Below are positions 13,781 to 24,385 of a DNA stretch of 64,000 bases, in pieces. Position 1 is the first letter of the stretch; the number at the start of each line of letters is the position of its first letter. Source of the stretch: Octopus sinensis. Its lineage: Eukaryota. The notes below the pieces were generated by a model. That model was not told the DNA's origin, searched no databases, and saw only the letters and a list, made by a program, of their open reading frames with translations. The DNA lies in the NCBI RefSeq assembly GCF_006345805.1, contig NC_043007.1, positions 56,668,001-56,732,000 of the forward strand, written 5' to 3'. A program made the position numbers and the translations under genes.

Positions 13781-14130
13781 TATATATGTAAATATATATA
13801 TGTATTTATATATGTAATATGTATATGTATATATATGTATAGTATATATATGTATATGTATTTCCCTTTGCAAATACTGACAGGACACAGATAGTGTGTC
13901 TATGGCCAGCTGAGGAGTGTGTCCTCCTGGGGCTAAAAACTACAGTAGCATCCACCCTTAGGGTTAGCCATATTTGAATGGCAAAAATACGTCACGATGT
14001 GTTACCGCTACTGTATATAACTCACTTTGATATTTATCATTGTTTGATTTCACTTTTTCAATATCAGCGACAGTGGGCGCTGGAAAAAGTATAAGTATTT
14101 GTGAAGGAAATCTAATTCTCGGCGACAACT

Positions 14131-14189
14131 GTGATTGTCACACGCTGACGAGAGGTCAATACCTCGAAACTCGAGTCCGTGTGTATCAT
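14131..14189 (+). ncRNA. Type I hammerhead ribozyme, copy 1 (intact)
   Basis: gtgat-tgt-cacacg CTGACGA gaggt caat acctc GAAAC TCGA GTC^cgtgtg-t-atcat; predicted cleavage after 14177. Confidence 0.92.
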
Positions 14190-14482
14190 AAGTTGAAGAC
14201 GGGAAGGATGACTTCCCTTTGCAAATACTGACAGGACACAGATAGTGTGTCTATGGCCAGCTGGAGGAGTGTGTCCTCCTGGGGCTAAAAACTACAGTAG
14301 CATCCACCCTTAGGGGTTAGCCATATTGAAATGGCAAAAATACGTCACGATGTGTTACGCTACGGTATATAACTCACTTTGATATTTATCATTGTTTGAT
14401 TTCACTTTTTCAATATCAGCGACAGTGGGCGCTGGAAAAAGTATAAGTATTTGTGAAGGAAATCTAATTCTCGGCGACAACT

Positions 14483-14540
14483 GTGATTGTCACACGCTGA
14501 CGAGAGGTCAATACCTCGAAACTCGAGTCGTGTGTATCAT
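14483..14540 (+). ncRNA. Type I hammerhead ribozyme, copy 2
   Basis: Core identical; one C missing at the GTC/cgtgtg junction. Confidence 0.8.
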
Positions 14541-14833
14541 AAGTTGAAGACGGGAAGGATGACTTCCCTTTGCAAATACTGACAGGACACAGATAGTGTG
14601 TCTATGGCCAGCTGGAGGAGTGTGTCCTCCTGGGGCTAAAAACTACAGTAGCATCCACCCTTAGGGTTAGCCATATTGAAATGGCAAAAATACGTCACGA
14701 TGTGTTACCGCTACTGTATATAACTCACTTTGATATTTATCATTGTTTGATTTCACTTTTTCAATATCAGCGACAGTGGGCGCTGGAAAAAGTATAAGTA
14801 GTTGTGAAGGAAATCTAATTCTCGGCGACAACT

Positions 14834-14892
14834 GTGATTGTCACACGCTGACGAGAGGTCAATACCTCGAAACTCGAGTCCGTGTGTATCAT
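14834..14892 (+). ncRNA. Type I hammerhead ribozyme, copy 3 (intact)
   Basis: Identical to copy 1; predicted cleavage after 14880. Confidence 0.92.
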
Positions 14893-15181
14893 AAGTTGAA
14901 GACGGGAAGGATGACTTCCCTTTGCAAATACTGACAGGACACAGATAGTGTGGTCTATGGCCAGCTGGAGGAGTGTGTCCTCCTGGGGCTAAAAACTACA
15001 GTAGCATACCACCCTTAGGGGTTAGCCATATTGAAATGGCAAAAATACGTCACGATGTGTTACCGCTACTGTATATACTACTTGATATTTATCATTGTTT
15101 GATTTAACTTTTCAATATCAGCGACAGTGGGCGCTGGAAAAATATAGTATTGTGAGGAAAATATAATTCTCGGCGACAACT

Positions 15182-15237
15182 GTGATGTCACGCTGACGAG
15201 AGGTCAATACTCGAAAAACTCGAGTCCGTGTGATCAT
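15182..15237 (+). ncRNA. Type I hammerhead, copy 4 (several indels)
   Basis: CTGACGA retained; helix II 3' strand actc, GAAAAAC and a shortened helix I. Confidence 0.6.
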
Positions 15238-15529
15238 AAGTTGAAGACGGGAAGGATTGACTTTCCTTTGCAAATACTGACAGGACACAATAGTGTGTCT
15301 ATGGCCAGCTGGAGGAGGGTGTCCTCTGGGGCTAAAAACTACAGTAGCATCCACACTTAGGGGTTAGCCATATTGAAATGGCAAAAATACGTCACGATGT
15401 GTTACCGCTCTGTATTAACTCACTTTGATTATATCATTGTTTGATTTCACTTTTTCAATATCAGGACAGTGGGCGCTGGAAAAAAAAAGTATAAAGTATT
15501 GGTGAAGGAATCTAATTTCGGCGACAACT

Positions 15530-15587
15530 GTGATTGTCACACGCTGACGAGAGGTCAATACCTCGAAACTCGAGTCCGGTGTATCAT
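15530..15587 (+). ncRNA. Type I hammerhead ribozyme, copy 5
   Basis: Core, helix II and helix III intact; one T missing in the helix I 3' strand. Confidence 0.8.
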
Positions 15588-15763
15588 AAGTTGAAGACGG
15601 GAAGGATGACCTCCCTTTGCAATACTGAAGGACACAGATAGTGTGTCTATGGCCAGCTGGAGGAGTGTGTCCTCTGGGGCTAAAAACACAGTAGCATCCA
15701 CCCTTAGGAGTTAGCCATATTGAAATGGCAAAAATAGTCACTATATATATATATATATAATAT

Positions 15764-16058
15764 ATTTCAACAATTGAGGGCAAAATTAATTAATTATTAA
15801 TCAATTTCACCAAGGTTCAGTATGCAAAGGGACCATTCAGGCGAATTCAAATTATTACATTATATTAAAAGGGCTTAGTAAAATAAATTACTTTGCCGCA
15901 TACTGAACTCATTAGAAATAGACTAAAAAACTTTTTAAAGCTATTCTAATACTTAAAGAAAATCTTCTCATATATAGTGTTTGCTTAATTCAACTCACAA
16001 AAGTTTGGGGTAAGGACATCTTACCCCCAATTATTTTACTAAGCCCTTTTATATAATA
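15764..16058. mobile_element. Terminal fragment of a divergent relative of the 595-bp family with an inverted short end
   Basis: Homologous to 29634-29967 and to ataaggg...ccacatac...ttagaaatagcag of the 595-bp unit. 16031-16058 inverts about 15860-15888. (TA)n flanks. Confidence 0.7.
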
Positions 16059-16101
16059 TATATATATATATATATATCTGTACACACACATATATATATA
16101 T

Positions 16102-16143
<42 letters not shown>

Positions 16144-16234
16144 ATATATATAATATATATATATACATACAAAACACACTCAGACTCACATTTATTCACA
16201 CCACATCGTATTGGCAAGAAATATATTAAAAATG

Positions 16235-16472
16235 ATTGCAGCGTGGAAGGTGTTTATAAGAAACACACAAAACCGTTAGATTCACTTCAACATTTAAATT
16301 TAATTTGTCAAAATATTTTCCTCGCTTTGAGACCGCTGCATCATGAACAGGTGAACAGGTCGCGGTCTCAAAGAGACGAAAATATTTTGACAAATTAAAT
16401 TTAAATATTGAAGTGAATCTAACGGTTTTGTGTGTTTCTTAAATGGCTTATAAACACCTTCCACGCTGCAAT
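16235..16472. repeat. Long inverted repeat, ~100-bp arms, 25-nt spacer
   Basis: attgcagcgtggaaggtgttt...ctttgagaccgc (16235-16336) pairs with gcggtctcaaag...ccacgctgcaat (16362-16472). Confidence 0.9.
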
Positions 16473-16727
16473 TGTTTTCGTTCCAGCACACGATATCAGA
16501 TTAAGTCACTTGCTATGCAAGTACATCTCCGTAATATTAAAAATGCATTAAACAGATAAAAGAAAAATCCAATAATCAAAACTGAACATAATAAATAAAA
16601 CGAATAACAAAGTATCAATTCATTCTTTAAAACGTTCTTGTCGATTCGAACGTAATATCTAATCGTTGTTGCTTTTCGTCATCGGAGGACACACCCTATC
16701 TTTAGATGATGTATGTTGTTAATACAT

Positions 16728-17042
16728 GTGATTCACCGGTGTAAGGGGACTTTGAGGCACTGTGGGATATTACGACTTCGTTGTGTGTCTCCCCAGTCAA
16801 AACTTTCCCACCGGACCAATGAATCTGGTATGAGCACGAGTAGTTGTTTGTAGTTATCAGCTAACAAATTACTGGTGTGTGCCGATGTCTGCCAAACAGA
16901 TAATACTTCGTTGGGGGCTTGCAGAACAGCGAGAATACAGGCAAGAGCACGAGCGGTCCGGCGGGGTAGCTTTGATTGAGGAAACACACAATGAGGTTGA
17001 AACTACGCAGTATCTAAAAATTCCCCAACACCGGTGAATCAC
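16728..17042. mobile_element. Candidate MITE with ~29-bp imperfect TIRs
   Basis: gtgattcaccggtg (16728-16741) and caccggtgaatcac (17029-17042) form a perfect 14-bp inverted pair; no clear TSD. Confidence 0.45.
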
Positions 17043-18054
17043 GTGACTTACGAACCCAAATCGTCTATAAGCAGAAATTATTTTCTGATGATCAAAAGCT
17101 ACAGCGATCAGGGATTCACGTTCGTATCTCGTGTTCATTCAGAATGAATAGCTATTGATTGGATTCTCGTTGTTTTGCTTACACTTCATGAATTAATAAA
17201 TTTTTTTTAAAATTATTTTTTAATATTTAACTAGTCAAAAATAGTGGAAAAGAAATGGGAGAGTAGAGAGAGAGGAGAGACAGACAGACAGACAAAGACA
17301 GACAGACAGAGAAAGGAACAAAGAAATGAAGAAAGAAAGAAGGAAGGAAGGAAAGAAGGAAAGAAGGGAAAAAGAAAGAAACGAAAGAACGAATGATAGC
17401 GACTAACATATAATTTGTCACAGCTTAGAGAAGTGTTAATTGTGTGCAGTGACCTGAAATTAACAGGAATCAGGACGTAGTAGAGATAAAGGCGGGGATG
17501 AGGCGGATGCGAAGATGGGCGGAGCTCGGTTGAGACGGGAGAAGGGGATAATTGGTTGAGCCAAGCTGTCCTTTTGTTGCTGCTTTTTTAAGTCAAGCTT
17601 CCTTTAAAAAAATGTCATTAAACACACACGCGCGCGCGCGCGCGCACATATGAAAAACTAAGTATTATAGTTGAAAGATTGAGCAGAATATACAATGATA
17701 TGTTAACGATCATATTTCATCGTTGGATTGCTTCAAGCAATTGACACCGCACACTTACAACGTTTTCTTCGTGTTTTAACCCTGTACCACTAACTGCATC
17801 TAATAGAACCGTACAGAGATGAAATCAGAATTCCTTACTCATTTTGCGACACTATACAATACGATGACCCAATCTTCGGTTCCGTAAAATTTATGATGAT
17901 GATGATGATAAAGATATTTTTGCGTCTTTTTTCCACTATAGACACAAGGCCTGAAATTTTTGGGAAGGGGACTAGTCTTTTATATCGATCCCCAATGTTC
18001 AAAGATGAATGGCAAATTCAACCTCGACGGGTATTTGATCCGATGTTAACTAAA

Positions 18055-18110
<56 letters not shown>

Positions 18111-18376
18111 GAAGAAGAAGAAGAAGAAGAAGAAGGAGAAGGAGAGGAAGAAGAAGACGAGGAAGAAGAAGAAGAAGAAGAAGAAGAAGAAGAAGAAGAA
18201 GAAGAAGAAAGAAGAAGAAGGAGGAGGAGGAGGAGGAGGAGGAGGAGGATTTCTTTATTTCATCAATAGAGCCCATCGTGCATGCAAAAATTCGATAGAA
18301 ACTTATGTGTAAAACAGGTTCTGAATCAAATGAAGTTATATAATACATTACGAAGAATTTATTTTTTTGATTTTCC

Positions 18377-18410
<34 letters not shown>

Positions 18411-18979
18411 CTGTGTGTGTGTGTGTTTACAGTTAGATATATGACTACTATTGTGTCAGAGTACCGCATAGATTATCATTATCCAGTCAGCTTCCTAAAG
18501 TAGTTAGACTGCCACTGTACTTAATACTGTTACTAGTTACTATATGCAGAGCATATGTAATGGAAGGTTAGAAAATTAAAACAATTACAAAGTAATAGTT
18601 CCTACGTACGTTCACCTTTTAAACAATTTGGAACTTAGCGTTGGGTGTTCCAAATCGATTTGAATACCTAATTGCAATGGGTCATCACAGAAACACTTTA
18701 TTGCCTTCTGTTACAGAGATCTATATCTACTTTAGGTATTAGATCTTTGTGATAGAATACAATAAAGTGTTCCCCTGATGATCCGTTGTGGTTAGGAATT
18801 CGGTTGCACTTGGGAATCCAATGCTCAGTTCCAAATAACTGCAATGGTGAAACATATGTAGGAACTAAATATTTATAGTGGTGTTTATCTTAATTTCTTA
18901 CTGTGTATGAATGCATATGCATACATACACTTAAAAATTTATATGCATGCATCTCTCTCTCTCTTTCTCTCTCTTTCTT

Positions 18980-19036
<57 letters not shown>

Positions 19037-19257
19037 ATGTATATACATACATAGAGAGAGAAAGAATAAAAAAAAGAGACAGAGACAGACTGGAAAAAGA
19101 AATTGTCCCTTTCATTTGAAAACTATGGAAATATTTTTAAAAAACATTTAATTTTTCATGCTTTACTCTAAGTTGAAAAAGTCGCCAAGACTGAAACCGG
19201 CACTAAAATGTTCTTCATGATAAAATTATTTTAGTATTTTCTACCTTGTCTTATTTT

Positions 19258-19305
<48 letters not shown>

Positions 19306-19308
<3 letters not shown>

Positions 19309-19620
19309 AAATGAGAAAATGGAGAAACATATCTAAATCAATCATCAACTATCAGATAATACCGAATCATATACTTTATTAAAACACTACACAATAGCAA
19401 TGAGATTAGACATTAATACAGTACAATAATTACAAACAATATGGTGAGATATAACTAAATAAATATAACAAGATATAAAAATACATTTACATTATAACTG
19501 ACAGCTGTTTCGGCCATGAAGATAGGTATGTCTCATTTAACCTATTAGCCATATAATGCAGGTATAAATGAGACACTAACAAGAATATCTTACGGCCTCT
19601 TCGGAGATTCTAATGCAAAC
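19306..19620 (-). mobile_element. 3' end of a Penelope-like element abutting (TA)n, containing a hammerhead
   Basis: (TA)n at 19262-19305 directly adjoins an A-rich segment that carries the hammerhead fold at 19486-19619. Confidence 0.55.
19486..19619 (-). ncRNA. Type I hammerhead with ~85-nt extended helix II, U4C core variant
   Basis: Minus: tttgcattagaatct-CCGAAGA-ggcc...ggcc-GAAAC-AGCT-GTC^agttataatgtaaa. Helix II includes aagata/tatctt and tgtctcattta/taaatgagaca. Confidence 0.75.
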
Positions 19621-21137
19621 CCTAAAATAATTTACATATAAATATAAATATGAGTGCATACATACTCATATTCTTACATATATATACATATATATACATA
19701 TACACAATAATACAATATAAACAATATAAATCAATATACATCAACAAACACAATAATGTTCCATATTGAACGCCACAGCTCCTCAACCAACATCAAGAAA
19801 CCACAACAGACACACTCACACTCAATGCAGGCATATATATTAAACAGTTCAATATATTAAAATGTGTCACTTCACAAAAAGCCAATAAAGTTAATACCAC
19901 CACCATAGTACCATCCAAGGCAAGTGGATATCTGCATATATATGCAATCAGTTAAATTCCTCTGTTTGCATGGTATTAATTTTCGCAGATGCATTCGATT
20001 GGCCTATACTTTTAAATTTGAATTACAATAGATATTTTACGGTTAGTTAGCTAGGAAACATACACACGGGCACGCACATCCACAAAACCTGCGCACATAC
20101 AGACATAGTCATATGTTTACACACACACACACACCCACACACACACACACACATACACACAGACATACCCACATACACAACCAAATCATAAATAAATAAA
20201 TAAATAACATAAGAGGTACTATCTCATCTATACACTAAGTGTTTACAAACAGATCCACTCACATATGTCCATAAATCCGTAAATGCAATCATACATATAA
20301 TTATACCTAGATGGAGAGTGTAATTTGTCATAAGGTACATAATTCATGTGACACCGTATTTTTCGTAAACAAAATATTTTAGAACTAAAAATGTTTCCAT
20401 TCAAACATTTACTAAATTATAAAATATAGAATACCCGTTTATGTTTGTCTATCAAAAGACATAAAAATACATATATACTAAGTTAACAGAGGTTTATGTT
20501 AATTAAATTATAAGAAATTAATTGTAAAAAGTCAAAATACGCTAATATTCTAAGATATATAATCAAAATAACTCCTTATAACTTATACAGATAACTCCAC
20601 TACGTAAGAAGTCTAGTATTATTACATTACTATTATATTCCTATTTAAACTCTCACCAACGAACTAAGAGAATTATACTCACATCTACATATCTATATGT
20701 ATACTCGTGTGTAACAACAAACATATATATACTATATATTTTCACATATGATGTGTATGTAAACATTCGTAGTACTTATATATATATTTTTAAGTATCAG
20801 TGGACACATAAATACATATATAAAAATTAACAGGATTTAGCATTAAATAATATCAGTGCACGTATAAATACATATATAGTAATTAACAGGACTTACCAAT
20901 AAATAGTATATAAGTAAATAATTATAAATTAAATTAATTATAAGTTAATAATTGTTATTACTTAAAAATAAAATGTAATAAAATAAAATAAGATGAAATA
21001 ATTAAAAATAAAAATGAAAATATAAGTAAAAACATGTATACATATATATATTTTTTTAATAAATAATGGATATGTATGTATATATCTATGGAGGGTTGAA
21101 TTTACAACCCCTATCTCATTTTATAAATATATATATA

Positions 21138-21830
21138 TTGGGTTGGCAACTAAGTTCCCGACGTTTTTTTTAAATTTAAATTTTTTAAACGGTTTAATAA
21201 AAAATAACAACTAATTAATCAATAATGTATTTACCCTTGTTGTTTACAACTTCTTCCCAACGTTTAACAAGATTTTCAATACCGCTTTGGTATTGCCGTG
21301 CAGCAAAAGAACTCTGCCGATTAGGTCTTTTCTCTTGAATAGCCGTGTTGAGCCGTTCCATCTGTTGAACGTAGAGTTTCACGTTGACCGTTTGGTTCCG
21401 TTCAAGAAATTCGTAATGGATAATCCCTTCCAAATCCCACCATAAGCACAACATCGTTTTATGCGGATGAAGATCTTGTTTCAGGCACGGTGTCGCTTGT
21501 TTACCGGGCCTAAGCCATTGCTTACGCTGCTTCATATTGATGTACAGTAACGTCGCCAGTAACGATTCGGTAAAGAAATTGTTGCTTATGTCCATGAGTG
21601 GAGCGGTGACGAGCAAGCAAACCAGCGGAGATTATGGTTCCTTAATTTTTGTTGTTGTCACTTCTGAACCTTTCCCATCGAGTGAAGATGTTTCTCTATA
21701 GCAGTGTGGGAGCATTCCATTTTCTCCAGTTCCTTCGTTGTCTGACAAGAATTTTCGTGCAAAAGTTGGTTTAACCGCTCTTCATAGAACTCAACTGGAC
21801 GGCCAGAACGAGGCGCATTTTTTTAGGTCA
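21138..21830 (-). pseudogene. Mariner (DD34D-type) transposase relic with 3' TIR
   Basis: HKTMLCLWWDLEGIIHYEFL and NAPRSGRP motifs. TIR ttgggttggcaactaagtt starts at 21138 after TA. Confidence 0.85.
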
Positions 21831-21907
21831 AAATGAGGGGGGGAATTTTTAAGCAGAGATGAAACGTGGGTCCATCATTATGAGGTAGAATATATATATA
21901 TATATAT

Positions 21908-22628
21908 CAGGGGAAGTAAAAAAAATTATCCGCATTTTCGACATAACGCATCTCTATTATTGTCACACTGCTTTCTGTGTATGCGTGCTTATAGTTGGTA
22001 CTATTGTGCTCAAGTGATCGAAGTTTGATTCTACCACATAATGATGGACTCACGTTTCATCCCCTCTTAAAAATTCCTCCCCCTCATTGTTGTAGCAATC
22101 GAGTAAACGTTGGGAGACTTCAAGACGTCTGCAGTAAGCTCTCTTGGCACCCATTTTGCACAGACTTTATGAAAGCCGAGCCCATCGTGGATGATTTGAT
22201 AGGTAGAATAATGACTAATCTGCAGAGAACAAGCTACCTCAGTGGTGGAGTTTGACGTGCTCCCTACTTCCTCTTCGTGCGTCACGCTTGTCCGGCCACT
22301 TTTAAACTTCTCGATCCACTCATACACACTTGTACGCAGTAGTGCATTGTCCCCGTATTGAGCTAAAAGACTCCGATGAATTTCAGCACCTGACACACCT
22401 TTCGACCAGAGAAATCGGATCACTGCTCTTTGTTCTTTAGTGCACAGTACTAGTGGAGCGGTCATGCTTATACTGTAAGGCCAGAAAGAAAAATGGCGAG
22501 ATCAGGCTCAAACTTTGATCACGTGACCATAATAATACCAACTATAAGCACACATACGCAGAAGGCAGTGTGACAATAATACACATATCTTATGGCGAAA
22601 GTGCAGATCATTTTTGACTTCCTCTCAT
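21908..22628 (-). mobile_element. Internally deleted mariner with ~130-bp terminal inverted repeats
   Basis: ORF EQRAVIRFLWSKG...SVYEWIEKFKSGRTSV...WVPRELT (mariner HTH, WVPHEL motif). 21908-22040 is an imperfect inverted copy of 22500-22628. TA flanks. Confidence 0.8.
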
Positions 22629-22849
22629 ATATATGATTCATGAATGTCCTAAACATAGCGCAACAATGGTGTCCATGCGACCTTACCATTATCAAATTAA
22701 TAAGATATTAAGAAACAATAAGCGCTGAATATAAAGTATTACAATAGCTTTCTGTTTGTCTTTCTAGATATCATCCAAGTCTTATCCTCACAACTATATT
22801 AAATATAACTTGCTTTCGGGTGGTTTCAACTTTTAGTACAAGGCTAGCA

Positions 22850-23500
22850 TGTTCGAGGGTGGTGACCCCGAAAAGATGAAAGGCAAAGTCGACCCTGGTG
22901 GAATTTGAACTCAAAACGTGAAGATGGACAAAATGCCGCTAAGCATTTTGTCCAGGATGCTAACGATTCTGCCAGCTCGCCGCCTGCTTTTTCCAAATTG
23001 ATTTCAAAGTTTGGCAGAAGGCTAGCAACTTCGAGAAAGGTGGTAAATCGATTACATCGACCCCAGTGCTCAACTGGTACTTTCTTATCACTAATATTAA
23101 GTAGCAGTATCAAGTGGTGAGCTAGCAGAATCGTTGCCAGGCCGGGCGAAATGCTTAGCGGCATTTCGTCCGTCTTTACGTTCTGAGTTCAAATTCCGCT
23201 GAGGTCGACTTTGCCTTTCATCCTTCGCGGTCGGTAAAATATGTACCTAGTTGAATACTGAGCTCGACGTAATCGACTTACCCACTTCTCCGACATGGCT
23301 GGCCTTGTGCCAAAATTTAAATCAATATTAAATATTAGAAGCGACAAGCTAGTAGAGTCGTTAGCAAGCCAGACGAAATTCCGTTAAGCTCGTCGGACGA
23401 AATGCCGCTAACCTCGCTCTGAGTTCAAATTCCAAAGTGGTCGACTTTCCATTCACCTCCCAAGAAATTGTTACCCTTGTGCCAAAATTTGAAATAAATA
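22850..23500. mobile_element. Cluster of tRNA-derived SINE copies in both orientations
   Basis: Repeated gagttcaaattcc/gaatttgaactc and gtcgactttgcc cores. Confidence 0.8.
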
Positions 23501-24009
23501 TTAAATAGCAGAATAAGAAACCATAGAAACTAATTATTTGATCAACGTCAACAGGAAAGTATGCAAATCTTCAACACATTTTACTTCATTGATTTAAAAG
23601 AATTGTTATAACATATTACTTACAACACAGTAAATCTTTACAGGGTGAAAAAAATCTTGCTGTGGCCCTTTTCCTTTTGGTATATTGAAAATATGGCTAC
23701 ACTATAATCGGTTAATCGAAGCCTGGTAAAATGTTTTATATACATACACCATACATACATACATACATACATACATACATACATACATACATACATACAT
23801 ACATACATACATACATACATGGTGGCTGCCCCTCATTATCGAGTATGACCATTGCACGAAGCTTAATCAATGTTGTTATCGTGCAATGCCTGTGCAAGAA
23901 GATTTTTTTTAAAGTGAGGAAAGGCTGTGCACTGAGTCAATCCCACACACTAAGCAACAGCAGTCATAATCCGAAAAGAAAAACAAGTCAACAACATCGG
24001 TAACCACTG

Positions 24010-24385
24010 AGCCGCAGGTTTTATGTCAGAGTTATCCCAGTTACCTGAGTTACCTTCTCCTAGAAGGATGCCCTAACAAAGGCTAGGAGTCCTTCACTCC
24101 CAATGGTTTAACCGCGCGATCGGGTATTCAGTCCGATTATTTCTATGTCCCCGCGCATGATACAGCCTTAAGACATTTATTGGATGGCCGTTGACTCTCA
24201 AGAGTTCCTCCGCCCTTTGACGGGTTTTGTTTTTCATTCCGCAGGGTGTCCAATGAACACCCTCCTCACCAAGCAAGCTTGGTGGGGTTACCGGTTTAGT
24301 CGCCGACGACCCGACCATGCAACAGGTTGTACTGGGTTACATGTTACCAGTAGCACTCGAAAGTGACCTGACATAAGTGACCGGT
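24010..24385 (-). mobile_element. RTE-type LINE 5' UTR remnant (possible HDV-like ribozyme relic)
   Basis: Minus strand ggactcctagcctttgttagggcatccttctaggagaaggtaactc resembles a motif I recall from RTE 5' regions; GC-rich relative to its flanks. Confidence 0.4.

Larger units (their letters stand above)
13862..15741 (+). mobile_element. Tandem array of ~351-nt hammerhead-bearing monomers (5 full + 1 partial); non-LTR retrozyme-like
   Basis: Units start at about 13862, 14213, 14564, 14916, 15262 and 15611. No real ORF. TA-rich microsatellite flanks. Confidence 0.92.

Noticed and set aside
13862-15741. 351-bp array as CRISPR or a tandem protein-coding repeat (63-aa ORFs at 14040 and 14743)
   Set aside because: No unique spacers, eukaryotic context, TTG-started ORF not conserved across copies; the RNA fold explains the conservation.
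17490-17645. GC-box-containing (gggcggagc) stretch as a promoter
   Set aside because: No downstream exon or transcript evidence; the motif alone is insufficient.
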